From an uncultured Bacteroidota bacterium (GTDB taxonomy: Bacteria > Bacteroidota > Bacteroidia > NS11-12g > UBA955): 64,000 bases of DNA. The position numbers were made by a program, and so were the translations under genes. Shown piece after piece: positions 17,777 through 27,900 of this stretch (the first letter of the stretch is position 1; every line of letters begins with the position of its first letter). The notes below the pieces were generated by a model. That model worked only from the letters and a program-made list of their open reading frames with translations, made no database searches and was not told the DNA's origin. The stretch covers positions 9,701-73,700 of the forward strand of contig CALMKH010000048.1 of assembly GCA_937867025.1 (NCBI GenBank). The letters are read 5' to 3'.

Positions 17777-19357
17777 GTGAATTTAACGGACGAGATACAT
17801 AAACGGAAGACATTTGCAATTATCAGCCACCCCGATGCGGGAAAGACCACTCTGACAGAAAAATTCCTCTTGTTCGGGGGAGCCATACAGACTGCAGGAG
17901 CGGTTAAATCGAACAAAATCAAGAAAGCGGCCACCAGCGATTTCATGGAAATAGAGAAACAGAGGGGAATCTCCGTTGCCACTTCTGTCATGACATTCGA
18001 ATACCATGGCAAACTGGTGAATATTCTCGATACGCCCGGTCACAAGGATTTTGCCGAAGATACTTACCGCACCCTAACAGCCGTGGACAGCGTCATTCTT
18101 GTTATCGACTGCGTAAAGGGTGTAGAGGAACAGACGGAAAGACTGATGGAGGTGTGCAGGATGCGCAACACGCCAGTGATCGTTTTCATAAACAAAGTGG
18201 ACCGCGACGGCCGCGATCCGTTCGACCTGCTGGACGAACTGGAACAGAAGCTGAATATAAAAGTCAGGCCGATGAGCTGGCCGATCAACGGAGGGCGCGA
18301 CTTTAAAGGCGTTTACAAGTTGTACGACAAGAGCATCAACCTGTTTGAAGCCAATAAGACCAAAATAAGTAAGGATGTCGTGAGTATTGATGACCTTCAT
18401 TCACCCTTGCTTGATGAACTGCTTGACAAGGATGCTGATAAACTGAGACAGGATGTGGAACTCATAGACGGGGTATATGGTGAGTTCAAGGTTGGAGAAT
18501 ATCTGGCAGGGCATGAGGCGCCTGTTTTTTTTGGTAGCGCCCTCAACAACTTCGGGGTGCGTGAACTGCTTGAAAAATTCCTGGAGATCGCTCCGTTCCC
18601 GCAGCCAAGACAGAGCAGCGACAGGACTATCAGTCCCGACGAAAGCAAATTCTCGGGATTTGTATTCAAGATACATGCCAATCTGGACCCCCGCCACCGC
18701 GACCGGATAGCCTTCCTTCGCGTATGTTCGGGCAAATTCGAGCGCAATAAGTTCTTCCATCACGTAAGGCTTGACAAGGATATGAAGTTCGCCAGCCCAT
18801 TCACTTTTATGGCTGACAGCAAGGCGCTCCTGGAAGATGCCTACGCAGGTGATGTGGTGGGATTGTACGACACGGGCAACTTCAAGATAGGGGATACCCT
18901 GACGGAAGGCGAGAATTACATGTACAAGGGTATACCTTCGTTCTCCCCGGAAATATTCAAAGAGCTCATCAATATGGATCCCATGAAATCAAAACAGCTC
19001 GAAAAGGGAATCGAACAGCTTACGGATGAAGGTGTCGCACAACTTTACAGGCAGGAGCCCGGCAACAGGAAGTTCATCGGAACTGTTGGTGAGCTCCAGT
19101 TCGAGGTGATCCAATACAGGCTTGAGAATGAATATAACGCCAGGTGCCGCTTTGAGCCCAGGCCCTTTTACAAGGCATGCTGGATGACAGGTGACAAGCA
19201 AGCCATAGATGATTTCTGCAAATTCAGGCAGAAAAACATAGTCAGGGACAAGGACGACAATATCGTTTTCCTCGCAGAAACATCCTGGATATTAAATACG
19301 GCCATCCAGCAAAATCCGAAAATCACTTTTCACACGACATCCGAGTTTAAGGTATAA
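17777..19357 (+). CDS. prfC: Peptide chain release factor 3 (translational GTPase)
   Basis: [21 protein letters not shown] (G1), LDTPGHKDF (G3), FINKVDR (G4), collinear with RF3 throughout. GTG start. Confidence 0.93.
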   Translation: MNLTDEIHKRKTFAIISHPDAGKTTLTEKFLLFGGAIQTAGAVKSNKIKKAATSDFMEIEKQRGISVATSVMTFEYHGKLVNILDTPGHKDFAEDTYRTLTAVDSVILVIDCVKGVEEQTERLMEVCRMRNTPVIVFINKVDRDGRDPFDLLDELEQKLNIKVRPMSWPINGGRDFKGVYKLYDKSINLFEANKTKISKDVVSIDDLHSPLLDELLDKDADKLRQDVELIDGVYGEFKVGEYLAGHEAPVFFGSALNNFGVRELLEKFLEIAPFPQPRQSSDRTISPDESKFSGFVFKIHANLDPRHRDRIAFLRVCSGKFERNKFFHHVRLDKDMKFASPFTFMADSKALLEDAYAGDVVGLYDTGNFKIGDTLTEGENYMYKGIPSFSPEIFKELINMDPMKSKQLEKGIEQLTDEGVAQLYRQEPGNRKFIGTVGELQFEVIQYRLENEYNARCRFEPRPFYKACWMTGDKQAIDDFCKFRQKNIVRDKDDNIVFLAETSWILNTAIQQNPKITFHTTSEFKV

Positions 19358-19483
19358 TGGCCCGGAAATTGAATAAATAAAACTGACTGAGGCAACCACG
19401 GAGTGGAAAAAATCATCTACCGATGGGGTCATGAAGATACTGCAGGGAATTTTGCAAAGTATTGTAAATAATAAAAAATGTTA

Positions 19484-19491
19484 TACATTTG
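19484..19491 (+). promoter_or_regulatory. Candidate -7 promoter box (TACATTTG)
   Basis: Exact TAnnTTTG match 8 nt before the ATG at 19500. It lies inside the track's longer ORF (19431), which argues for the 19500 start. Confidence 0.4.
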
Positions 19492-19499
19492 AAGTGAAA

Positions 19500-20417
19500 A
19501 TGGATGGTCTTAGACAGAGTATATTGAGTGCCGTTTTTTTTGTTTATTCCACTGTTTCGGCACAGGAACAGGCCAAGGTGGATTTTATTCCCAATTTTAA
19601 GACCGGCGACCGGCTTGTCTATCAGCTTGTCGAAACCAGTTTCCGCCAGAACCCCAACGGTCATTACCTGTATCTGATGTATGATACGAGTTATATGGTT
19701 TTTAACGTGAAGGAAAAGAACGACAGCCAGACACTGATCGATTTCAATTATGCCGACGCCATCATTAATGACAAATTTTACGTTGAGGAAACGAAATACC
19801 CCAATTACCTGAAAACGGAAACTTACAAGCTTGTGCTGGATTCAAAGGGCGAATTCCTGGAGCTTAGCAATTGGGAGACATTTGCCTCCATAGTACTTCA
19901 GAACATCAAGATGTCCTACATGCAAAAGAAGCTCGATTCCAATTCCCTGAAATATTATTATTTGTATTATCATAATCAGGAAAATGTGGAGAAGGCCGTA
20001 CTGCCAAGGGTACTGGAGCTTTTTGATCTTTTCGGAAAGTCGTGTGAACTGGGTAGCACTTACAGTTTTGCCAGGGAAATCGTCAATCCCTTTAATGGAA
20101 CAGGCTTGCTCAAATCCTGCGCATTCAAGCCCTCCAAGTCACCCAAATACCCCAATTCCATATTCTTTTCAGGGTCGGTCAAAACCAATGCGGAAGATAA
20201 TGACTGCCTGCAGGAAGACTATTACGCCAAGATCAATGAAAAGAAACCGGATGTGGACTCGGACATAGCTGCACCCTATATATATATTGTCGATTCCTAC
20301 AATTACCAGTGGGGAGTTATCAATAAAAGAATCCTGAGCTATACGACAACCCATACCGTTTACCTGGGCGAGGATAAACAAGGTCTTGACAGGATCTATT
20401 CGTTATACGCCTTGTAG
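19500..20417 (+). CDS. Hypothetical secreted protein
   Basis: Start chosen at MDGLRQSILSAVFFVYSTVSAQEQ (signal peptide). No motif recognised. Confidence 0.55.
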   Translation: MDGLRQSILSAVFFVYSTVSAQEQAKVDFIPNFKTGDRLVYQLVETSFRQNPNGHYLYLMYDTSYMVFNVKEKNDSQTLIDFNYADAIINDKFYVEETKYPNYLKTETYKLVLDSKGEFLELSNWETFASIVLQNIKMSYMQKKLDSNSLKYYYLYYHNQENVEKAVLPRVLELFDLFGKSCELGSTYSFAREIVNPFNGTGLLKSCAFKPSKSPKYPNSIFFSGSVKTNAEDNDCLQEDYYAKINEKKPDVDSDIAAPYIYIVDSYNYQWGVINKRILSYTTTHTVYLGEDKQGLDRIYSLYAL

Positions 20418-20422
20418 AAGCT

Positions 20423-21862
20423 TTGATAAAAGGGGGCATCAATAAATCAATTCTTGCAAGCCTGTTTTTTTGCGCATTCCCCGTAGTCGCTCTATATATT
20501 CAGGCCGAAGGGGTAGAAGGCGGCCAGGACAGCTGGAACCATTACCTGATTTCGCGTTATTCTCTCAAATACCCCGAGCTGCTGCTCGATCAATGGAACA
20601 AACCTGTCTTTACTTGGTGCACGGCCTTTATCTGCCAGATGGGAATTCAGGCGCTTATACTGTTCAATATTTTCTGTGTCCTTCTCAGTGCTTTACTGCT
20701 GGCCATCGGCATGCAGAAGCAGGGCTTTAAACATGTCTGGGTGCTCATACCTTTCGTGGTTTTCACCCCCGTGCTTTTCCATAATACGATATCCGGGCTT
20801 ACGGAACCATTGAATGTGCTCTTCCTTTCGCTGGTCCTGTACACCTGGTGCATAGGGAAACGAAATCTTTCAGTTGCCCTGGCTTCGTTCCTTCCATTTG
20901 TGCGCACAGAAGGTTTTGTGATCTGCGGTGCTATTTTCATCATGATACTGGTAAGGAAAGAGTACAAGCTGTTGTTCTGGCTGTTTCTCGGCAGCGTGGT
21001 GATGAATCTAGCCGGTTTTGCCATCACCGGAAAGCCTCTCTGGATAATCACTGAGAACCCTTACTGGAAGCACGAAATGGAAGGCACTTTTGAGGCAGGA
21101 AGCGGCAGTTTTCTGCATTACATGCGCATCGCACGGAACCTGTTCGGATTACCGATGCTGTTATTATTTGCAGCCGGAAACCTGCTGTGGGTATATCTGC
21201 GGATAAAAAAGGAAAAGGTGAATGAGATATTCACCATGTCTTTGCTGATCTTCCACTTCTACTTTTTTGCACATACCCTCATCTATTATTTCGGGATCTT
21301 CGGATCGCATGGCTTACCCAGGGTAATGGCAGTGGTGGCTCCTGTCCTGGCCATTGTGAGTTATTATACCCTGGATTACTTCATCGCTACCCTGCACCAC
21401 CGTTACCGGATTGCCATACATGTTCTGGTTGCCGGACTTGTCATATGGGTAGCCTATCATGAGACGAAATATCCCAAGCCGCATAAATTCCGGGAAATCA
21501 GTGTGAAGCCCGACAAGGCGCATACCAATTTCATAAAGGCAGGAGAATGGCTGGCGGAACACAAATTGATGGACCGCACCATCGTGCATCAGTACCCGTA
21601 TTTTAATGTAAGGTTCAACAAGGACCCTTACGATGTCAAATCTTCATACATGGTGTGGTCTATTGATCAGAAAAACGACTGGGCCACGGTGGGGACTATT
21701 GTTATATGGGATGGTTTTTCGGCCGTCAGGGAAGGCAATATGAAACTCGAATGGTTGCAAAACAACTCTCATTATCAGGAGGTTCACTATATAGAAGGCT
21801 TTGAAAAGCCTGCAGATAATCCTCAAATGTATGATATACATATTTTTGAAAAGGTGAATTGA
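20423..21862 (+). CDS. Polytopic membrane protein with C-terminal soluble domain; weakly GT-C-glycosyltransferase-like
   Basis: 479 aa with roughly 10 hydrophobic segments by eye. The first loop, GGQDSWNHYLISRY, resembles the acidic first-loop motif of GT-C enzymes (weak). The last ~130 aa are hydrophilic. TTG start 5 nt after the upstream stop. Confidence 0.5.
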   Translation: MIKGGINKSILASLFFCAFPVVALYIQAEGVEGGQDSWNHYLISRYSLKYPELLLDQWNKPVFTWCTAFICQMGIQALILFNIFCVLLSALLLAIGMQKQGFKHVWVLIPFVVFTPVLFHNTISGLTEPLNVLFLSLVLYTWCIGKRNLSVALASFLPFVRTEGFVICGAIFIMILVRKEYKLLFWLFLGSVVMNLAGFAITGKPLWIITENPYWKHEMEGTFEAGSGSFLHYMRIARNLFGLPMLLLFAAGNLLWVYLRIKKEKVNEIFTMSLLIFHFYFFAHTLIYYFGIFGSHGLPRVMAVVAPVLAIVSYYTLDYFIATLHHRYRIAIHVLVAGLVIWVAYHETKYPKPHKFREISVKPDKAHTNFIKAGEWLAEHKLMDRTIVHQYPYFNVRFNKDPYDVKSSYMVWSIDQKNDWATVGTIVIWDGFSAVREGNMKLEWLQNNSHYQEVHYIEGFEKPADNPQMYDIHIFEKVN

Positions 21863-21902
21863 CTATATTTGAACATTGAAGTGACGGTAATGTAGATTAC
21901 GC

Positions 21903-24038
21903 ATGGAGATAAAGATGGGGATAAAATTTTTTGCTCTTTTTATTCTGGGATTCAGCCTTTGCGCACAGGCGCAGCCATACTACATGCCTGATGAATTCGG
22001 CTATGTGCAGGATTCAGGCTTCAGGAAACTTATCAAAGAGCGGCATTACGATTTCGTTTTCCCATACCATAAATGCAGTCGGGACGGAAAATATTATGCA
22101 CGGATATTAAAGAAAGACATGTACGGCATACTGGATCAATCCGGGAATGAAGTACTGCCGGCCAGGTTCCTCAATGAGCTCATTATACAGGACGAAATCG
22201 ATGTAAACGCTATTTACAGGGAAGACAGCAAGCTGCTTGGGAAAAAAAACAGGTTGATATTGCTTGGAAAGGGCAATGGATATATTACGGGAAGGAATAA
22301 GATCATCCTCTGGGACTCTAACGGAAGAAGAAAAGCGAAACTTAAATACCTGTATGTAAAAGCTTTTCCCTACAGGGTGAAATTCCTTGTTGTAAGGGAT
22401 GAATATGGTACCGGCCTGATCGACTACAGGGGGCATGAGGTCCTGAGGCCCATATACAGGAAACTTGAGATCATCCGTGGCAATGGGTATTACATGTTGA
22501 GGCTGAATAAAAAATGCGCTGTAATCGATTCCACCGGTAAATTGCTTACAGATACCATTTATGAAGACATTTACCCGTTATCCATTCCTAATAAGGGCAT
22601 ACCTCTTTTTGTCGTCAGGCTTAAAGGAAAATGGGGACTTGTAAGCAGGAATGATACGTCCGTAACAGGCATGAAATACAGGTATATCAGAAATGCAGAC
22701 AACAGGTTTTACACAGTGGCAGAAGGCTCTAAGCACGGTGTTATCGGCACGGACGGCAGGATACTCATACCTTTGATCTACGACTCCATACGCTTTTTGC
22801 CGGAACAGAATGTGTTTATTGCCGGAACGTATCATAGCCGTGCTGGCAAAGGCAAATATATGCTCTACGGATTAATAAGCTCCCGTGGTGATACGCTGAG
22901 CCCGATAAGATACCATTATGTGGATTTCGACGCGGGTTATGCAAGCAGCCTGGGCATAATAAGGATCGACTCGGCATACGGCATAATAAACAAAAAAGGC
23001 GAAGAAATAACACCTTTGGCGTATGAGCGGCCCAGGAAAATAGCAGAATCCGGCATGCTATACTACAGGCTTCAGTCAGGCAGCCCCATGATCAGCGGCG
23101 ATTACAGGGTGTTTGAACACGCGCTACTGACCCAGAACAGGCTGGTATACCAGCTGAACTATAAAATGGGTATGACCGATCTTGAAGGCAGGCCGTTGCT
23201 GGATCCGGTTTACGACAGTATAATAATACTGGAGGACAAGGCTTATAAGGTAAAATACAAGGGTTGCTGGGGCATTGTGGACCGTGACGGAAACGAGCTG
23301 GTCCCTAAAGTGTATGACAGGATATACTGGGATAATATGAACGCAGGATCGTATTATTTAAGGAACGGAAACAAAACAGGTTATATAAGGGATTACAGAA
23401 GGTTTGTATTTTATCCCGTCTATAACCAGTTGTGGGTGGGCGATATGGGCAGGTACAACTTGGCTATAGCCGGTTTCAGGGAGATATACGGAGTGGTTGA
23501 TTCATGCGGAAATGCCCTGGTGCCGTTTGTCTTTGAAACCATGATGCGCAAAGGCTTTATGTTGTCCGATCGCCGCGATCCGGCGGACTCCGGCGCTGTT
23601 TACAAATACTCCCATATCAGGCCTTTCAGGGACGGATTTGCCGTGGCATTTGATGATTCGGGAGCCATTATTATCGATAGCACCTTCCATGAAGTCAGCC
23701 AGGTTCATTACCAGGATATTTACCATCACCACATCGGGTATTACAGGACGTTCAGTAATGGGTTATATGGCATTCTGAACGGGCAGATGCAGGAATTGCA
23801 TCGTCCGGCTTTTGAAGCAACCGAAGGCGTGAGCGGATATAATTCAATCATCTATACCATAAACGGTTTGCAGGGAATTATGGATATGAAAGGGGTAATT
23901 ATATCACCCGCGGTCTATGAAAAGATATGCGAAGACCGGGAATCAGGTTTGTGGAAGGCAAAATACGAAGGAAGGGCCTATCTTGTCGACAGGTATGGCA
24001 ACAGGACAAAATACAACGGCCACCATGTCTGTTGGTAG
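21903..24038 (+). CDS. WG-repeat (KWG-type) containing secreted protein
   Basis: Signal FFALFILGFSLCAQA. About 12 repeats of the pattern [WY]G[ILV][ILV]D..G..[ILV].P..Y[DE].I, for example KWGLVSRN, CWGIVDRDGNELVPKVYDRI, YGIINKKGEEITPLAYE, HGVIGTDGRILIPLIYDSI. Confidence 0.8.
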   Translation: MEIKMGIKFFALFILGFSLCAQAQPYYMPDEFGYVQDSGFRKLIKERHYDFVFPYHKCSRDGKYYARILKKDMYGILDQSGNEVLPARFLNELIIQDEIDVNAIYREDSKLLGKKNRLILLGKGNGYITGRNKIILWDSNGRRKAKLKYLYVKAFPYRVKFLVVRDEYGTGLIDYRGHEVLRPIYRKLEIIRGNGYYMLRLNKKCAVIDSTGKLLTDTIYEDIYPLSIPNKGIPLFVVRLKGKWGLVSRNDTSVTGMKYRYIRNADNRFYTVAEGSKHGVIGTDGRILIPLIYDSIRFLPEQNVFIAGTYHSRAGKGKYMLYGLISSRGDTLSPIRYHYVDFDAGYASSLGIIRIDSAYGIINKKGEEITPLAYERPRKIAESGMLYYRLQSGSPMISGDYRVFEHALLTQNRLVYQLNYKMGMTDLEGRPLLDPVYDSIIILEDKAYKVKYKGCWGIVDRDGNELVPKVYDRIYWDNMNAGSYYLRNGNKTGYIRDYRRFVFYPVYNQLWVGDMGRYNLAIAGFREIYGVVDSCGNALVPFVFETMMRKGFMLSDRRDPADSGAVYKYSHIRPFRDGFAVAFDDSGAIIIDSTFHEVSQVHYQDIYHHHIGYYRTFSNGLYGILNGQMQELHRPAFEATEGVSGYNSIIYTINGLQGIMDMKGVIISPAVYEKICEDRESGLWKAKYEGRAYLVDRYGNRTKYNGHHVCW

Positions 24039-24074
24039 TATTTGAAACGCCGGAATGCGCTGATTAATAAATAT

Positions 24075-24935
24075 TCAGATGCCGAACATATCCGCGTGGA
24101 TCTTGTATGTCTTGGCAAAAGCGTAATGGCTGCCTTTATAGCTTTCCACCCATACCATGCCCCTGGTAGCATTTGTCAGAAAAACCTCTTCAGCGTTCAG
24201 CAGGTCTTCCTCGGTAATGGCAGTTTCCCTCACAACACAACCCAGGTTTCTCAGTTTATGGATGATATAATGCCGCATTACCCCGTCCAGACAATATTCA
24301 GATAGGGCAGGAGTCAGGACTTCATCATTGGAAATAATGAAAATATTGGCATTAAATGTTTCAGCCACATTGCCTGCCTCATTGTAAAGGATCACTGACC
24401 CGAATTTATTTTCTGCCGCGTAGATGCCCGCTAAAACATAGTTAATCGCAGATAACGGTTTAAAGAAGCTGATAAAGTTCGATGCCTTTAATATCTGGCC
24501 GTAATCCCCCAGCTTAAGGCCTACATCATTAATCGGATAATTTCCACCCGATTCACTCATTTCGATCAGAAAGCAGCAACGGTTTCTTTCGGGGACGTAA
24601 AAACCTTCGCTTTCCCTGTAGAATATGATACGGCACCTGGAGTTCAGCCAACCGTTTTTGAGGCACATGAGCTCGATCTGATCCTCAAAAAATTTCTGGC
24701 TCCATTTTTCCTGCAGAGGCAGGTGGAAAAGTGTTGAAGCCCTCTTTATCCGGTTGTAATGGAGATCGAACAGCTGAGGTTTTTTATTGATAACTTTTAT
24801 GCTCTCAAAAAAACCGTCCCCATACTTGTAAATACGGCTGTGTGAGCTGAATATCTTATCATCAGCATCTGTCAATACGCCATTGAAACTGATTAACACG
24901 GTTGCAATATAATATGTTTTTTGATTAACTGTCAA
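24075..24935 (-). CDS. Class IV aminotransferase family (branched-chain aminotransferase / aminodeoxychorismate lyase-like)
   Basis: FNGVL...YGDGFFESIKV, NANIFIISNDEVLTPALSEYCLDGVMR, NATRGMVWV. The track start is TTG at 24935; GTG at 24899 (MLISFNG...) is an alternative. Confidence 0.75.
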   Translation of the reverse strand: MTVNQKTYYIATVLISFNGVLTDADDKIFSSHSRIYKYGDGFFESIKVINKKPQLFDLHYNRIKRASTLFHLPLQEKWSQKFFEDQIELMCLKNGWLNSRCRIIFYRESEGFYVPERNRCCFLIEMSESGGNYPINDVGLKLGDYGQILKASNFISFFKPLSAINYVLAGIYAAENKFGSVILYNEAGNVAETFNANIFIISNDEVLTPALSEYCLDGVMRHYIIHKLRNLGCVVRETAITEEDLLNAEEVFLTNATRGMVWVESYKGSHYAFAKTYKIHADMFGI

Positions 24936-24941
24936 TATTTT

Positions 24942-24949
24942 TATATTTG
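24942..24949 (+). promoter_or_regulatory. Candidate -7 promoter box (TATATTTG) for the 2292-aa gene
   Basis: Exact TAnnTTTG match with 6 nt between its G and the ATG at 24956, inside a 20-bp divergent gap. Confidence 0.35.
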
Positions 24950-24955
24950 TAAAAT

Positions 24956-27900
24956 ATGAAAAGAAGAATACTCGTTTTCTCTTTTATGACGTTGTTTGGC
25001 ATTGGTCTGCGGGGCCAGTCTGCCAGCGATACGGCCAATGTGCCTTATTGGATCGATATGATGCAGGATCGAAGTATTAATTTCTACAGGACGCAAAGAG
25101 CATTTAACATATACTGGCAAAACCGCCCGGTTCAAAAAGGAAGCGGCTGGAAAGCCTTCAAACGCTGGGAATGGATGTCCATGAAAATCATCGATAGCCT
25201 GGGTAATTTTCCCAATGAGGAAATGCAGTTTAACGACGTGCAGGACCGTATCAGGAAAGATGATGTATTTCTTCCCGGTCTGGGTGCAGGAAGCGTGGCC
25301 TGCAAGACGCAGGGCGACTGGAAACCGATTGGGCCAACCGTACTGCCTGTAAACAACACAGGTCAGATCAATGGCATGGGCAGGGTCAATGCCATTGCAT
25401 TGCATCCAACCGATACCAATACCTATTTTGTCGGTTCCGCGGCAGGAGGAATATGGAAAACCGTTAATAATGGTGCCACCTGGTCGGTCAATACCGATTC
25501 ATTGCCGACCCTTGGGGTATCAGCCATCGCCATTACTGAAGGCAATCCGAATGTCATGTATTTCGGGTCAGGAGACAGGGATAACAGTGACGCAACAGGG
25601 TATGGGGTTTTCAAAAGCACCAACGGCGGCGCAACCTGGACCATCAGCAATACAGGGATGGGTAACAGGACTGTAGGACGCCTTATTATAGACCCGAACA
25701 ATGCCAGTGTATTGCTGGCTGCATGCAACGGGGGCATTTACAGATCCGCCAATGCAGGTTCATCATGGACCCAGGTGGTATCAGGAGGTTTTTTTAAGGA
25801 TATTATATTCAAGCCGGATAACAGCAATGTTGTTTACGCCACATCAGGCGGTTTTCTTTACCGCTCGCTTGATAACGGGGTCAACTGGTCCAGCATCACT
25901 TCCGGCCTTCCAACCACCGGTTTGTCACGTGCAGTGATTGAGGTCAACGCTCTCGATCCTTCGCTGGTCTATTATTGGATTGCCAATGGAAGCGTCAATA
26001 AAGGGTTTTATCTTTCCAGGGACAGCGGTACGACCTTCAGGACACAATCCACCACCCCTAATATTCACGATTATTCAACTACGGGAAGCGGTTCCGGCGG
26101 TCAGGCCTGGTACAATATGGATATGGTGTCCGATCCCGCAAATGCAGGTATTGTTTACTGTGGCGGGGTGAACATCTTCAAATCAACGGATACGGGAAAG
26201 AACTGGACCATTGCAGGTTACTGGGTAAACCAGGTACATGCCGATCAGCATGAATTAGCGGCCTGTCCTATCACAAAACGCATATTTACAGCTAATGACG
26301 GGGGGCTTTATTATTCGCGTTCCAAAGGAGCGCCCTGGATACAGGTAAAAAGCGGTCTTGGCATAGCGCAGGCATATCACATGGATGCTTCCAGGACCCA
26401 AAAGGATATATTGATAAACGGCTGGCAGGATAACGGCACGGGAAATTATAATTCAGGATGGTATACCACATACGGCGGTGATGGCATGGATTGCGAGATC
26501 GACCAGACGGATAACAGGTATAGTTACGGTGAATTGTATTACGGAACCATTTTCCGCATACAGGATGTAAATGCCCAGGCTACAATTGCGGGGAACGGGT
26601 ATATAGCAGCCGGCAGCGATACCATTAATGAATCCGGCGGATGGGTGACACCAATCACCCTGAAAGAAGGTAGCGGCACCACCATGTATGTCGGCTACAA
26701 AAACATATGGAGAAGCAATACCATACGCAACAGCCCCGTCACCTGGAAGAAGATATCCAACAATCTCGGAGGGACCAATGCGTATAATTTTACTGAAATT
26801 GAAAGCAATATTGCCAATCCGGACATCCTGTATGTTTCCAGATCAAACGGCACTTTCTTCAGAAGTGACAATGTCAACGCCACCACACCTTCATGGTCTT
26901 CGGTTACACAACCGGTTTCAGGTGTGATACAGGCGATTGAAACCGATCCTAAAAACGCTTCGGTCGTATACGTTGGCATCGGCCCGTATGTTTACAGGTC
27001 TACGAATAAAGGTTCTTCATGGACACAGGTGGGAAGCACATTTGCACACAATGTCGGCACGCTCCTGCTCGATACATCGAGCAAGCTGAAAGGCTTATAT
27101 GCAGGAACACTGGGAGGAGGCGTATGGTATACCGACACGACGCTCAGCTCATGGCGTTACTTCAGCAAGGGTTTGCCCAACACAGTGAGAGTTACCGATC
27201 TTGAGATGTATTACGAGCCTGCCAGGAAATGCAACTGCAATGTACTGTACGGGGCTACCTATAACAGGGGCAACTGGTATTCCATCATTTACAATGACGG
27301 CACCAAGAAACCCGTAGCCATGCTCGAACCCTATGACTCCATTATATGCAAAGCGTCATCTGTATCGTTCAAGGACAAATCATGCTTCGGTCCCGGCCGT
27401 TTCAAATGGGAATTCAGTCCCGGCACAATAAGCTATCTTAACGGCACCGATACATTCAATCCCCAGGCCGTTGTGGCGTTTAACAGCAAAGGAACTTACA
27501 GTTTCAAATTCATGGCTGAAAATTGCGCCGGTATAGATACCATGAGGGGTACCATTACTGTAAGCGATTCGGTACGTTCCGCCTGCACAACTTCCACTTC
27601 AAACAATGTAAGCGGTCTTGGCATATTCAAGGTAGATATGAACGGCTTTACAAGAAGCTCAGCCGGAAGAAACCCTGAAGGGGCTTATATCGACCTGTCG
27701 TGTACAAAAGTCATCAAGGTGAAGCGGGGGCAGACATATGCCCTGAAAGTTACCACAGGGTCAACGTATGCCGAGCAGGTGAAAGCATTCATAGATTTTA
27801 ATGATAACGGTTCATTGTCTGATGCAGGTGAACTGGTGTACCAGCCTGCTGCAGCACTTGCCAACCACAGCGACTCAATTGCGATTCCATCCACAGCCAC

